NCBI GenBank assembly: GCA_951406725.2
Contig: OX597817.1
Coordinates: 154,876,001 to 154,940,000, forward strand
Reading direction: 5' to 3'
DNA from: Octopus vulgaris
Lineage: Eukaryota
Length of the DNA: 64,000 bases
Positions within the stretch are counted from its first letter, which is position 1; the number at the start of each line of letters is the position of its first letter. This document shows positions 13,157 through 24,838 of the stretch, in pieces. The notes below the pieces were generated by a model. The model ran no database searches, was not told the DNA's origin, and worked only from the letters and a program-made list of their open reading frames with translations. A program made the translations under genes and the position numbers.

Positions 13157-13586
13157 GGTGATGGTGGTGATGATGATGATGATCTAATAAAAATAATTCT
13201 TTCTAGTTTTGGCACAAAGCCAACAATTTTGAGATGAGTTAAGTCAATTACATTGACCCCAGTACTTTACTGGTATTTTATTTTATTGACCTCCAAAAGG
13301 CTAAACTGCAAAATTGACCTCACTAGGATTTGAACTCAGAATGCATTTTGTCTTTCACTCTACAGATTCTGCTAATCTGATTGTTTCTAACTCAAGCCCA
13401 AGGCCAGCATTTTTGAAGGTAGAACTGTTAATTATATTAATCCCAGTACATGGCTGGTACTTTATTTTATTAACCCCAAAAGGATGTGTAGCAAAGTTGG
13501 CCTTGATGGAATTTGAACTCAATGCATGAAGAGCCAGAAAAAATACCACATGGCACTCTACTAATTCTGCCAACCCATCACAATTA

Positions 13587-13980
13587 TACTCTCTTTTACT
13601 TGTTTCAGTCATTTGACTGTGGCCATGCTGGAGCACCGCCTTTAGTCGAGCAAATCGACCCCGGGACTTATTCTTTGTAAGCCCAGTACTTATTCTATCA
13701 GTCTCTTTTGCCGAACCGCTAAGTGACGGAGACCTAAACACACCAGCAGCGGTTGTCAAGCAATGCTAGGGGGACAAACACAAACACACACACATATATA
13801 TATATATACATATATACGACGGGCTTCTTTCAGTTTCCATCTACCAAATCCACTCACAAGGCATTGGTTGGCCCGGGGCTATAGCAGAAGACACTTGCCC
13901 AAGATGCCACGCAGTGGGACTGAACCCGGAACCATGTGGTTGGTTAGCAAGCTACTTACCACACAGCCACTCCTGCGCCT
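13587..13980 (-). mobile_element. SINE family A, full length
   Basis: Reverse complement of the family A consensus. Confidence 0.92.
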
Positions 13981-14220
13981 ATGATAACAAAAATAATGAT
14001 AGTAATATTTGTTATGGAATAATAAAAATATGCTGTTGCTAAACAGGGAAGAACACACATTCAAACATAATTTCTTACATATATGCTTATTTTCATTTGT
14101 TGGCGACTAAACTTTCATTTTTTGCTTCTATTTTTGACTGGTAAAACACTTCGTGTTGATGTTTAGTTGGAACATCTGTAAATGTTCAATTTGAACCTAT
14201 GTTGTATTTAATACAGCAAC

Positions 14221-14383
14221 AGTGGCTGTGTGGTAAGTAGCTTGCTAACCAACCACATGGTTCCGGGTTCAGTCCCACTGCGAGGCATCTTGGGCAAGTG
14301 TCTTCTGCTATAGCCCCGGGCCGACCAATGCCTTGTGAGTGGATTTGGTAGACGGAAACTGAAAGAAGCCTGTCGTATATATG

Positions 14384-14430
<47 letters not shown>

Positions 14431-14641
14431 TTGTGTGTCTGTGTTTGTCCCCCTAGCATTGCTTGACAACAGGTGCTGGTGTGTTTACGTCCCCGTCACT
14501 TAGCGGTTCGGCAAAAGAGACCGATAGAATAAGTACTGGGCTTACAAAGAATAAGTTCCGGGGTCGATTTGCTCGACTAAAGGCAGTGCTCCAGCATGGC
14601 TGCAGTCAAATGACTGAAACAAGTAAAAGAGTAAAGAGAGT
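14221..14641 (+). mobile_element. SINE family A
   Basis: Family A consensus; inverted relative to 13587-13980. Confidence 0.92.
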
Positions 14642-14704
14642 GTAAAGCTGTAACTTTGAATAAGTGAATAAATATACTCTAATTTAGGTATTGCGTACGT
14701 TCGA

Positions 14705-15110
14705 AGGCGGCGAGCTGGCAGAAACGTTAGCACACCGGGCGAAAAGTGTAGAAGTATTTCATCTGCTGTTATGTTCTGAGTTCAAATTCCGCCGAGGTGG
14801 TCTTTGCCTTTCATCCTTTCGGGTCGATAAATTAAGTACCAGTTACACACTGGGGTCGATGTAATCCACTTAATCCGTTTGTCTGTCCTTGTTTGCCCCC
14901 CTTGTGGGTAGTAAAGAAATTGGTATTTCGTCTGCCGTTACGTTCTGAGTTCAAATCCCGCCGAGGTGGTCTTTGCCTTTCATCCTTTCAGGGTCGATAA
15001 ATTAAGTACCAGTTACACACTGGGGTCGATGTAATCGACTTAATCCGTTTGTCTGTCCTTGTTTGCCCCCTCTGTGTGTAGCTTCTTTGTGGGTAGTAAA
15101 GAAATAGGTA
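14705..15110 (+). mobile_element. SINE family B with tandem internal duplication
   Basis: GGCGGCGAGCTGGCAGAAACGTTAGC head; body TATTTC...GTAAAGAAAT present twice. Confidence 0.88.
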
Positions 15111-15555
15111 TTGCATACGTTTTTGTGTATGCAAATGAAATCACACACACACACATTCATGTATTGTATACATTCATATAGCATTCATATACCACTACTT
15201 GACAACCAATGTTGGTTTGTTTACCTTCACGTACATACTGGCTCAACAAAAGACACAGCTAGAATAACTCCCTTGCTTATAAAAATAAGTACTGGGGTTG
15301 ACTTGCTTGACTTAAACTCTTCAAGGTGGTACCCAGCATGGCCACTGGTTAATTACTAAAACAAGTAAAAGATAAAAAATATATATTCTGCAATATCAGT
15401 GAATATGTTATTGTTTTTTTTTTATATATATTGAAGCCCAAATTTCATCTAAGCAAGTGACAAACGAGTGCAGGGCATTGACGTGCACCATGTAGTGCAG
15501 AAGGCATCTGTCATTCTCATGACTCACTTCTCTCACAATATTTGCCTTGCTCCAG

Positions 15556-16229
15556 CATCTGTCTGTCTGTTTGTCTGTCTCTATGTCTGTCTATCTATCT
15601 GTCTATATGTCTGTCTGTCTATCAATCTGTCTGTCTATCTGTCTGTCTATCTTTCTATCTGTCTATCTGTCTTTCTATCTGTCTTTCTATCTATCTGTCA
15701 TCTGTCTGTCTGTCTGTCTGTCTATATGTCTGTCTATCCGTCTGTCTATATGTCTGTCTATACATCTGTCTATCTATCTGTCTATCTATCTGTCTATATG
15801 TCTGTCTATATCTCTGTCTATCTATATGTCTATATGTCTGTCTATCTATATGTCTGTCTATCTATCTATCTGTCTGTCTATCTATCTATCTGTCTGTCTG
15901 TCTCTCTATCTATCTCTCTCTCTATCTATCTCTGTCTATCTATCTCTCTCTCTATCTATCTCTCTGTCTATCTATCTCTCTGTCTATCTATCTCTCTGTC
16001 TATCTGTCTGTCTGTCTATCTATCTCTCTGTCTATCTATCTCTCTGTCTATCTATCTCTCTGTCTATCTATCTCTCTGTCTATCTATCTCTCTGTCTATC
16101 TGTCTGTCTGTCTGTCTATCTGTCTATCTAGCTGTCTGTCTGTCTGTCTGTCTATCTGTCTATTTACTGTCTATATGTGTGTGTCTGTCCGTCTGTCTAT
16201 CTATTCGTCTGTCTATCTATCTATCTATT
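15556..16229. repeat. Long compound (TCTA/TCTG)n microsatellite
   Basis: Direct reading; explains the spurious 194-271 aa ORFs. Confidence 0.97.
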
Positions 16230-16795
16230 GAGAGAGAGAGAGAAAGTGTGTGCATGTGTGTGTTTTTTAACACATGTCAATGAAGAGATTTTCTCTCTGA
16301 CAAAACTACATCACGCCTTTCAACAGTATATATGCATTTAATATTATTATGGACCATTATTAATGGTTATTATAATATAATGAAATTTAATATAATATAA
16401 TATAATATAATATAAAGTGTGTAATATGAAAGTAGGCCATCAGCATGTAAAAAGAAATTTAGATGAGAGAGATTAAATAAACATTGGCTTTATCTTTAGT
16501 TTTTATAAGTTATTCATTCAAAATCTGAACTTTTTCCCTGGAGATATTTTATTTTTCTGTTTTGTTTTTCATTGTTAGGTCTCCTTAGCAAAGCATATTC
16601 ATTTGCAGTTGGTTCAATATGCTTTTTGCTACAAGGACCCATATCCATACCTACAGTATTATCTTTACAATTCCAAATATTCAGATCAGCTGATGTTGTT
16701 GGCATTGTCTCTTTCATTTGTTGTTTTTCAGTTTGAAGACTGCTAATTGTGCAGATATTCTCTCAGTTTATTGAAGTCACTTTATTTGCATATGT

Positions 16796-17030
16796 GTCCT
16801 TGTTTGTCCCCTCTGTGTTTAGCCCCTTGTGGGTAGTAAAGAAATAGGTATTTCGTCTGCCGTTACGTTCTGAGTTCAAATTCCGCCGAGGTCGACTTTG
16901 CTTTTCATCCTTTCAGGGTCGATAAATTAAGTACCAGTTATGCACTGGTGTCAATGTAATGAACTTAATCCCTTGTCTGTCCTTGTTTGTCCCCTCTGTG
17001 TTTAGCCCTTTGCGGGCAATAAAGAAATAA
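16796..17030 (+). mobile_element. SINE family B, partial tandem
   Basis: Family B tail followed by a second body and tail. Confidence 0.85.
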
Positions 17031-17032
17031 TA

Positions 17033-17189
17033 TGCGCAGAAGTGGCTGTGTGGTAAGTAGCTTGCTAACCAACCACATGGTTCCGGGTTCAGTCCCACTG
17101 CGTGGCATCTTGGGCAAGTGTCTTCTGCTATAGCCCCGGGCCGACCAATGCCTTGTGAGTGGATTTGGTAGACAAACCTGAAAGAAGCC

Positions 17190-17234
<45 letters not shown>

Positions 17235-17437
17235 TGTGTGTCTGTGTTTGTCCCCCTAGCATTGCTTGACAACCGATGCTGGTGTGTTTATGTCCCCGTC
17301 ACTTAGCGGTTCGGCAATAGAGACCGATAGAATAAGTACTGGGCTTACAAAGAATAAGTCCCGGGGTCGATTTGCTCGACTAAATGCGGTGCTCCAGCAT
17401 GGCCACAGTCAAATGACTGAAACAAGTAAAAGAGTAA
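17033..17437 (+). mobile_element. SINE family A, full length
   Basis: Family A consensus. Confidence 0.92.
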
Positions 17438-18178
17438 ATAATGTAAAGAACAGTAGTAAAATGTTGGCAGTGGAGATAATAATGATGAAGAGGATGATGG
17501 ATGGAGTTCTGTCTAATCCTGTAAAGTTCCAGTATTCTGGTTATACATACATATGTGTGTGTGTGTGTGTGTGTTTTCCACATACATGATCATGCAGATT
17601 GAAGACACAAATATGATATTTGTGAGAGAAGTCAAAACAACAGGTTCAGTTTTCACCTTGTACACTGAAACATGTTTCCTTGTTTAGCTTAATTACACTT
17701 AAGACAATGAGAGAGGAGTGGTGTGAATGAGGTGTTAGGTAGGTGCTAGGGCAATAGAACAGGAAGTTTGGGCACTTGATGTGATGAGAATAATTTATCC
17801 CAGATTTTGTCAGCTCTTCCCAATATGTATCTGACCTTTAGCTTTTATCCTCATGAACTTGTCTCTAGTATCCATGGCAGCCTGTCTCCCCACTACTTGT
17901 GAAATAAATACAAATTCTTAATGTCAAGATGGACAACTCATTTTATATTTCTAATAATAATAATAATAATAATTGCTGTTGTTGTTGTTACATTATCAAA
18001 GGATGAAATATACAGAAGCTGAGCCCCACACTAACTTAGGTGCAGAATTACCCTACCACAAAGTCAGATCAAACTACTCATACCATAATCTTGGAATAAT
18101 ATTATAAGCAGACTACTCTATCATACATTCTCTTTACCACATTCTCAGAACTACACTGTTATAAACATAGAACTACAA

Positions 18179-18572
18179 TCTATGTATATAAAGCTGAAGT
18201 TGTCTGTGTGTGGCAGGTTTGGTAGCCTTCAACTAACACTATCTCCTCCGAGACCCTGTGGTGCAAGTTGGCCAAAATTGAGAGTATGATAGAAGAAGGC
18301 TTGCTCTTCATTCTGTAGAAGATAAAATTCAAATCAGACCATGTTAACACCGAAAATTATTTACATCAAAAAGGTGCTTTTTTTTTCTATGAAAATCCCT
18401 ATTTTTTTACGATTTTTTGACTGCTGTGTTGCCATTTTACGGTTATATTTCAACCAGAAAAATGTTCACTCAAAGAGAATAACAAGCTACATAATGCAAA
18501 ATTTTTACTTTTCAAAAATTCCAATTCTAAAGGGTCAAAACAAACTCGAGCAACACCGGGCGATACTACTAG
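18179..18572 (+). mobile_element. Non-autonomous Helitron
   Basis: A|TCTATGTATATAAA 5' end; subterminal GC hairpin CTCGAGCAACACCGGG; CTAG|T 3' end; no TSD. Confidence 0.8.
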
Positions 18573-18804
18573 TACTAATATAAAGTCAGAACTGCACTTC
18601 TATAAACTCATTACTGTACCACTATAAAGTTAGAACTACATTTGTATAAAGTCAGAACTACATTGCTATAAGCTTAGAACTACACTACAATAATCCCGCA
18701 CTGCTATACATTCACACTACTATCAAGTCATATAAATATACACCCATGCTGTCATAATTTTTGATTTTTCTAAATTTGTTTTCATCTTGTTTTATGTTTA
18801 TCAG

Positions 18805-19072
18805 ATTAAAATAATACTGTTGAAGGATGTTAGTGATCCATTCATATTGGCAAAGATTAGTTTGATAAAGTTTACATAATTTTAGAAGTTTCTGTGTTGT
18901 CAAGATATGAGAATTCTAACGTCTTTGACAGAACATTTGTTGCTGTTTCTTCAACAAAGAACTCAACACCAAGTGCCAAGATATTTTTCTCCATATATTA
19001 CACAAACTTTTATTTTGCTTAGTTGGTATTCAGTGACAGGACTGATTGATAGAGTGACGTACAAAATTCTAG
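18805..19072 (+). other. Candidate exon, possibly with a 55-codon ORF from ATG 18907
   Basis: Pyrimidine tract TTTTCATCTTGTTTTATGTTTATCAG and donor CTAG|GTAATA in non-repeat sequence; no homology recognised. Confidence 0.35.
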
Positions 19073-19214
19073 GTAATATTTAGTTTCATCCTGTCACAGT
19101 TTGATTTGTATCCTTTTAAGATCAACATGTATCATGATGATTTTCTTGTATCCAGAAATGTTCCAAAATGTACTTCCACTTAAAATTTGGATGATAAAAC
19201 TATTTTTATTTTAA

Positions 19215-19350
19215 CCCTTTAGCATTTAAGCTGACCATATCTAGCCCAAATATGTTACCTGTTTTATGTTCTGACCAGGCAGATCCAGTCTATTGCATCT
19301 ACCCCTCAATGCTATTATAAAATATACAATCACATCTCCATAATTTCGAA
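19215..19350 (-). mobile_element. piggyBac-type MITE family E, partial
   Basis: TTAA|CCCTTTAG terminus; body matches the reverse complement of 21868-22088. Confidence 0.75.
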
Positions 19351-19359
19351 ACATGGCTT

Positions 19360-19612
19360 CCATGGCAGTGGCATGTAAAAAGCACCATTCGAGCGTACAT
19401 ACATACATACATATATTTTTATATATATATATATATGTAAAAAGCACCCACTACACTCGCGGAGTGGTTGGCGTTAGGAAGGGCATCCAGCCGTAGAAAC
19501 TCTGCCAGATCAGACTGGAGCCTGGAGCAGCCCCTGGCTTCCCAGACCCCGGTCGAACTGTGCAACCCGTGCTAGCGCAGAAAACGGATGTTAAACGATG
19601 ATGATGATGATG
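19360..19612 (+). mobile_element. SINE-like family D interrupted by (TA)n
   Basis: Family D core and (GAT)n tail. Confidence 0.85.
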
Positions 19613-19983
19613 ATATATATATATATATACATAGATACATACATACATATATACGATGAGCTTCTTTCAGTTTCCGCCTACCAAATCCACTCAAAAGGCT
19701 TTGGTCAGCCCGAGGCTATAGTACAAGACACTTGCCCAAGGTGCCACGCAGTGAGACTGAACCTGGAACCATATATATATACACACATACACACACACAC
19801 ACACTGGGTTTTTTTATACAGTTTCCATCCACCAAATAACTCCCAGAACATTGGTCGACCTAAGGCTATAGAAAACACTTCCTCAGGATCCCATGTAGTA
19901 TGATGGAACCTGAAGCCATGTGCTTATCAAGCAAACTCCATATTCCACTCTGTTTTCTTCTATTTTCTTTTTTAATATAGATT

Positions 19984-20588
19984 ATTCAAATGAGGGTGGG
20001 ACAATGCCCATGACATTTGTAAATTCTCTTCAAGACTGGTGAGATGATGAGATTAATGTTGTTAATTTTTAGCTTGAACATTTGAAGGCTGATGTTTGCA
20101 ACAAAAGTAAACATGGAATTCAAAGGACTGTTGTTCTCAAGAGAAAGAAGTGTTTTAGTACCCAATCTTAAGTGATGAGACTTAGCAGGGGTGCTTCTAA
20201 ATACATCTGATGAAGAGCATGTCAACAGGAAATGAAGAAGAGAGAAGAAACCAAAGTCAAATAATGCGTGGTGACAAGGGGTTAGGTGGGTAGGGTTAAG
20301 AGGAAAGTTGCTAAGTCTGTACCATGCATGGGTGAGCAGAGGGATTTCAGTCACCTGTTTATAATGGCCAGTCCATGTGTCTGTAATTGGAATTCAAATG
20401 AGGGTGGGACAATGCCCATGACATTTGTAAATTCTCTTCAAGACTGGTGAGATGATGAGATTAATGTTGTTAATTTTTAGCTTGAACATTTGAAGGCTGA
20501 TGTTTGCAACAAAAGTAAACATGGAATTCAAAGGACTGTTGTTCTCAAGAGAAAGAAGTGTTTTAGTACCCAATCTTAAGTGATGAGA
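19984..20588 (-). repeat. 197-bp exact direct repeat (19984-20180 and 20392-20588) of a decayed L2/CR1-like 3' segment
   Basis: Copies identical by eye at offset 408; minus strand has HFFLLRTTVL...SLQMFKLKINNINL, resembling LINE ORF2 ends. Confidence 0.8.
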
Positions 20589-21734
20589 TTCTTCTCTGAA
20601 TATGTTTGCCTTATGTCTTCAGAATTCTTTCTTTGATCTGGGCAGACAGTGGAAACAAGAGGACTCAAGGAGAAAGGAAATGTAATAAAATATGGTTGTC
20701 TTAGTTATGTGAAGATGGTGGTAAAAGATGGTGGCAGACTTGAAATCCCTATGGAGGCATTCAGTTATTCTGTAACTCTTGTGTATGACACATTTCATAT
20801 TATACATTTAGGCCCTTGTAACTAGAAAAGAAATAATAATAATGATAATAATAATAATAATAAAAAGAAGAAACTACCAAATTTTGAACAATAATAATAA
20901 TAATGATGATGATGATATTATTGTTAATATTATATTGAAATCAGTATTATCTTTATTATTTCCAGCTGTTGGGTAGTGGAATAGTGGAATTGAGTCAGTA
21001 ACACTGCATTACTTCCATTTTTTTTTTTTTTTTGGCTGTGAAATTTCTTTGTGATAGTATAAGACATCCTCCTAGTTGTTATTGGCCTCTGGTTCTTTGA
21101 TCAAGTAGACCTACAAGCCAATACAGTTCAGCCATGGCCATCCTGTCTTTAAGGAGTATCTCACTGATTATATTTTGTTGCTATTCTCTTTTTTTTTTCT
21201 TCAGCCATTTGTGAAATTGGATGGGTTTTTTTTAAGGAGATTTAGTTGCTATTTTTAACAAGATGAGTGACCACATGTAGGTTCTCCAATCAGCTCAAAT
21301 ATCTAGCAGTGAACGTCTGTGCTTGATGAGTCAACAATGGGGTAATCTGTATCATCTCAGCCATCACACATACCACATAATTGGAACTAGTAGTTGTGAC
21401 CTGGGGCTGAGTCCCAAAACAACAACTCCGGGTCCATGGACAAACATAAACCCAGCACATACAAACTAACAACACTCTTTTTATATTAACTATACAGTAT
21501 TTCTGATGCTTATAGCAATCTATTGGGATTGGTCTTTACTTACTGCTAGATGGACTGAAGTGCATATACTTATATAAATAGTTAAACAAGATTACATATT
21601 TGCAACCTTTGCAGTATATACATGCACACAGAAATTTGCTCAAGCATGTACATATTCATATCGACACACATATATAAAATATGCACTGTATATACTTTTG
21701 TATATTCAGAAGTTTACAGGCCTTGATGTTTATA

Positions 21735-22517
21735 CAGGGTGGACCAAAATGATCTGACACATTTGGAGGCTTAATAAAAGCATAAAATAAGAAATAATGA
21801 AAAGAAAAATTTTATTTTCTGAATGTACATATAATGCCATTTTATTTCATTAAGTTTTAAAAATTAACCCTTTAGTGTTCACATTATTCTGCCAAAATTA
21901 ATGCTTTTTTATCCACATTGTTTTGAACTAATCAGGCATTATCTTGTAGCTTTGAGATTTTGATGAGGTAGCTGTTAATTTTTAAAACGATATTGTAGGG
22001 TAGGTGTGAGAGACCAGATCTGGCCATTTTGAACTTAAAACAGGCAGAATACTTTTAGCCGGATATGGCCGGTTCAAATGCTAAAGGGTTAAACCAGCTA
22101 AATGCTTCCCATCATTGTCAACACACTGTTGGAGACGTTCATGAAAGTTATCGATAACTCTATGGATCATTTCTTCTGGAATGGTTACTATTTCTACACA
22201 AATTGCACATTTTATTCATCAATAGATCGAGGACGATGACTGAATACTTTTGATTTTAAATATCTCCACAAGAAGAAATCACATTTCACCATTCCAGAAG
22301 AAATGATCCATAGAGTTATCGATAACTTTCATGAATGTCTCCAACAGGGTGTTGACAATGATGGGAAGGAAGCATTTAGCTGATTTAATTTTTAAAACTT
22401 AATGAAATAAAATGGCATTATATGTACATTCAGAAAATAAAATTTTTCTTTTCATTATTTCTTATTTTGTGCTTTCATTAAGCCTCCAAATGTGTCAGAT
22501 CATTTTGGTCCACCCTG
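21735..22517. mobile_element. Fold-back Tc1/mariner-derived element with about 230-bp inverted arms and TA TSD
   Basis: TA|CAGGGTGGACCAAAATG...CATTTTGGTCCACCCTG|TA; minus strand reads CDFFLWRYLKSKVFSHRPRSIDE*KCAICVEIVTIPEEMIHRVIDNFHERLQQCVDNDGKHL, a transposase C-terminus. Confidence 0.92.
21868..22088 (+). mobile_element. piggyBac-type MITE family E nested in the fold-back element
   Basis: TTAA|CCCTTTAG...CTAAAGGG|TTAA; the other arm of the host shows the empty TTAA site. Confidence 0.93.
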
Positions 22518-22599
22518 TATATACACACACGTACCTCTTAACACTTTCATCAACACTACAATACACATACATACAAACAATGCTATATAACACACACAT

Positions 22600-22912
22600 C
22601 TGTGCCAGTGGCACGTAAAAAGCACCATCCGTTCGTGGCTGTTGCCAGCCTCACCTGGCCCTTGTGCCGGTGGCACGTAAAAAGCACCATCCGTCCATGG
22701 CCGTTTGCCAGCTCTGTCTGGCACCTGTGCGGGTGGCACGTAAAAAGCACCCACTACACTCACGGAGTGGTTGGCGTTAGGAAGGGCATCCAGCTGTAGA
22801 AACACTGCCAGATCAGACTGGGCCTGATGCAGCCTTCTGGCTTCACAGACCCCAGTTGAACCGTCCAACCCATGCCAGCATGGAAAGCGGACGCTAAATG
22901 ATGATGATGATG
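22600..22912 (+). mobile_element. SINE-like family D with about 59-bp internal tandem units
   Basis: Three copies of GTGGCACGTAAAAAGCACC, then core and (GAT)n tail. Confidence 0.9.
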
Positions 22913-23573
22913 GGACACACATAGATATGCATGGCAAATGCTTACGCACGCATATGCATGCCGCACAGGTTTCAGCCTCCCCTTTTGACAGCTGTCAAAT
23001 GGAAATATCAACACTCCACCATGACCCACTTAAACTAGCTGTGAGAGAAGACTCTAAACAGGTCTGTGATACTTACACATGCAAATAACCTTTTAATAGT
23101 GATGCAGAGGGGAAGAGTGTGTGTGGCCTGGTGGTGGTGTTGGAGGTGGTGTTTATGAGATGGCTAAAGATCACCAAGATCACCCTACATATTTTGTAGG
23201 ATACGTTTCTGTGGTAGAGAGAGGGGGGTGTGATCTTTTTATGTTTAAAGTCACCCAAAAATGATTATAGGATTTGCTACAAGATTTACAACAACAAAAA
23301 AAAAAACAGAAAAAAAATTATCTGTACTCCAAATACAGAATAAAAAGTGAAAATTCAGTACATTGAAGTATAATTATATGCTAATCAGCATTTTTTACAT
23401 AGCTATAAGGTATATAGGCTAATGAGCTTGACACTGGCCTTTTTGGTGCCAATGCTATTCGGCTGTAAACTTGGAGTATTAAACATGAGTTTCATTCTAC
23501 CACATCACGACTTTCAAATGTAAATATACTACTTTTGCATTACAACAATACAAAAGCAAAAGAAAAAACTGGA

Positions 23574-24838
23574 TTTTCTTAAAACTTTGTAACCGTGGCT
23601 GTGTGGTAAGTAGCTTGCTAACCAACCACATGGTTCCGGGTTCAGTCCCACTGCATGGCATCTTGGGCAAGTGTCTTCTGCTATAGCCTTGGGCCGACCA
23701 ATGCCTTGTGAGTGGATTTGGTAGACGGAAACTGAAAGAAGCCTGTCGTATATATGTATATATATGTATATGTGTGTATGTGTTTGTGTGTCTGTGTTTG
23801 TCCCTCTAGCATTGCTTGACAACCGATGCTGGTGTGTTTACGTCCCTGTAACTTAGCGGTTTGGCAAAAGAGACCGATAGAATAAGTACTGGGCTTACAA
23901 AGAATAAGTCCCGGGGTCGATTTGCTCGACTAAAGGCGGTGCTCCAGCATGGCCGCAGTCAAATGACTGAAACAAGTAAAAGAGAGAGTAAAGAGTTCTA
24001 TTTTGCAACAAAGTTTTGCAACAAATTTTATTTCAAAACAAAATACTGCAATAAATATTGTTGTTCATGGCATTGGCATCATATTGTCTTCATTAATATT
24101 ACTGCTGTTTTGCCATATGCTGCTTTCAAGTTGACAAGGTTTGGATTAGCATTTGCCATGCGTATCTATGTGTGTCCTTTCATGTGTGTGTTTATAAAGC
24201 ATTGGTTGTATGTATGTGTATCCAGAAAGGATTGTTTTGAAAGATTTTGTTACACTATAACATTAGGTTACAAGATTTTATTACAAAATAGTCAGTTGCA
24301 AGATATCGGTGCATAGATGGCTACGTGGTAATGCAATTCACTGCATAATCACATGGTTTCAGATTTTATCCAACTGTGTGATACCTTGGGCAAGCATTTT
24401 CTGTTATAATCTCAGGTCAATCAAAGCCTTATGAACAAAATTGGTAAAAGAGAACATTGAAACCCAACGTATGTGTGCATGAATTTTGTGGGGGTTTTTT
24501 ACTTGCCTTCACGTGGGTACTGTTTGGGCTGCAGCAATGTTATGTATGTGTCTCCCATAATAATGAATTTCAGTGTGTGAGGACCAGTGGAATAAAAATG
24601 CCATACTTAAAACACGTTTAAGGGTCGGTGACAGGAAGAGCATCCAGCTGTAAAAAAAACTGTCTCAAAAAGTCTAATCCACCCCTTGTCAACTTGAAAG
24701 CAGCAGATGGAAAACATAATATGATAATATGATGCCAATGCCACCAATAACAACATTTATTGCAGTATTTTATTTTGAAATAAAATTTGTTGCGAAACTT
24801 TGTTGCAAAATAGAACTGGTTACAAAGTTTTAAGAAAA
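23574..24838. repeat. Inverted duplication; left arm 23574-23594 plus 23994-24149, right arm 24673-24838
   Basis: AGTTCTATTTTGCAACAAAGTTT...CTTTCAAGTTGACAAGG..TGGATTAG recurs as reverse complement; the ORF track shows the same peptide on opposite strands. Confidence 0.88.
23595..23993 (+). mobile_element. SINE family A
   Basis: Family A consensus; inserted in the left arm of an inverted duplication. Confidence 0.92.

Noticed and set aside
15468-16283. Longest ORFs (194-271 aa)
   Set aside because: Translations of a TCTA/TCTG microsatellite; the same applies to 35774-36415 and 8142-8609
19984-20588. LTR retrotransposon or TRIM
   Set aside because: No TG..CA termini, PBS, PPT or TSD found; kept only as a direct duplication
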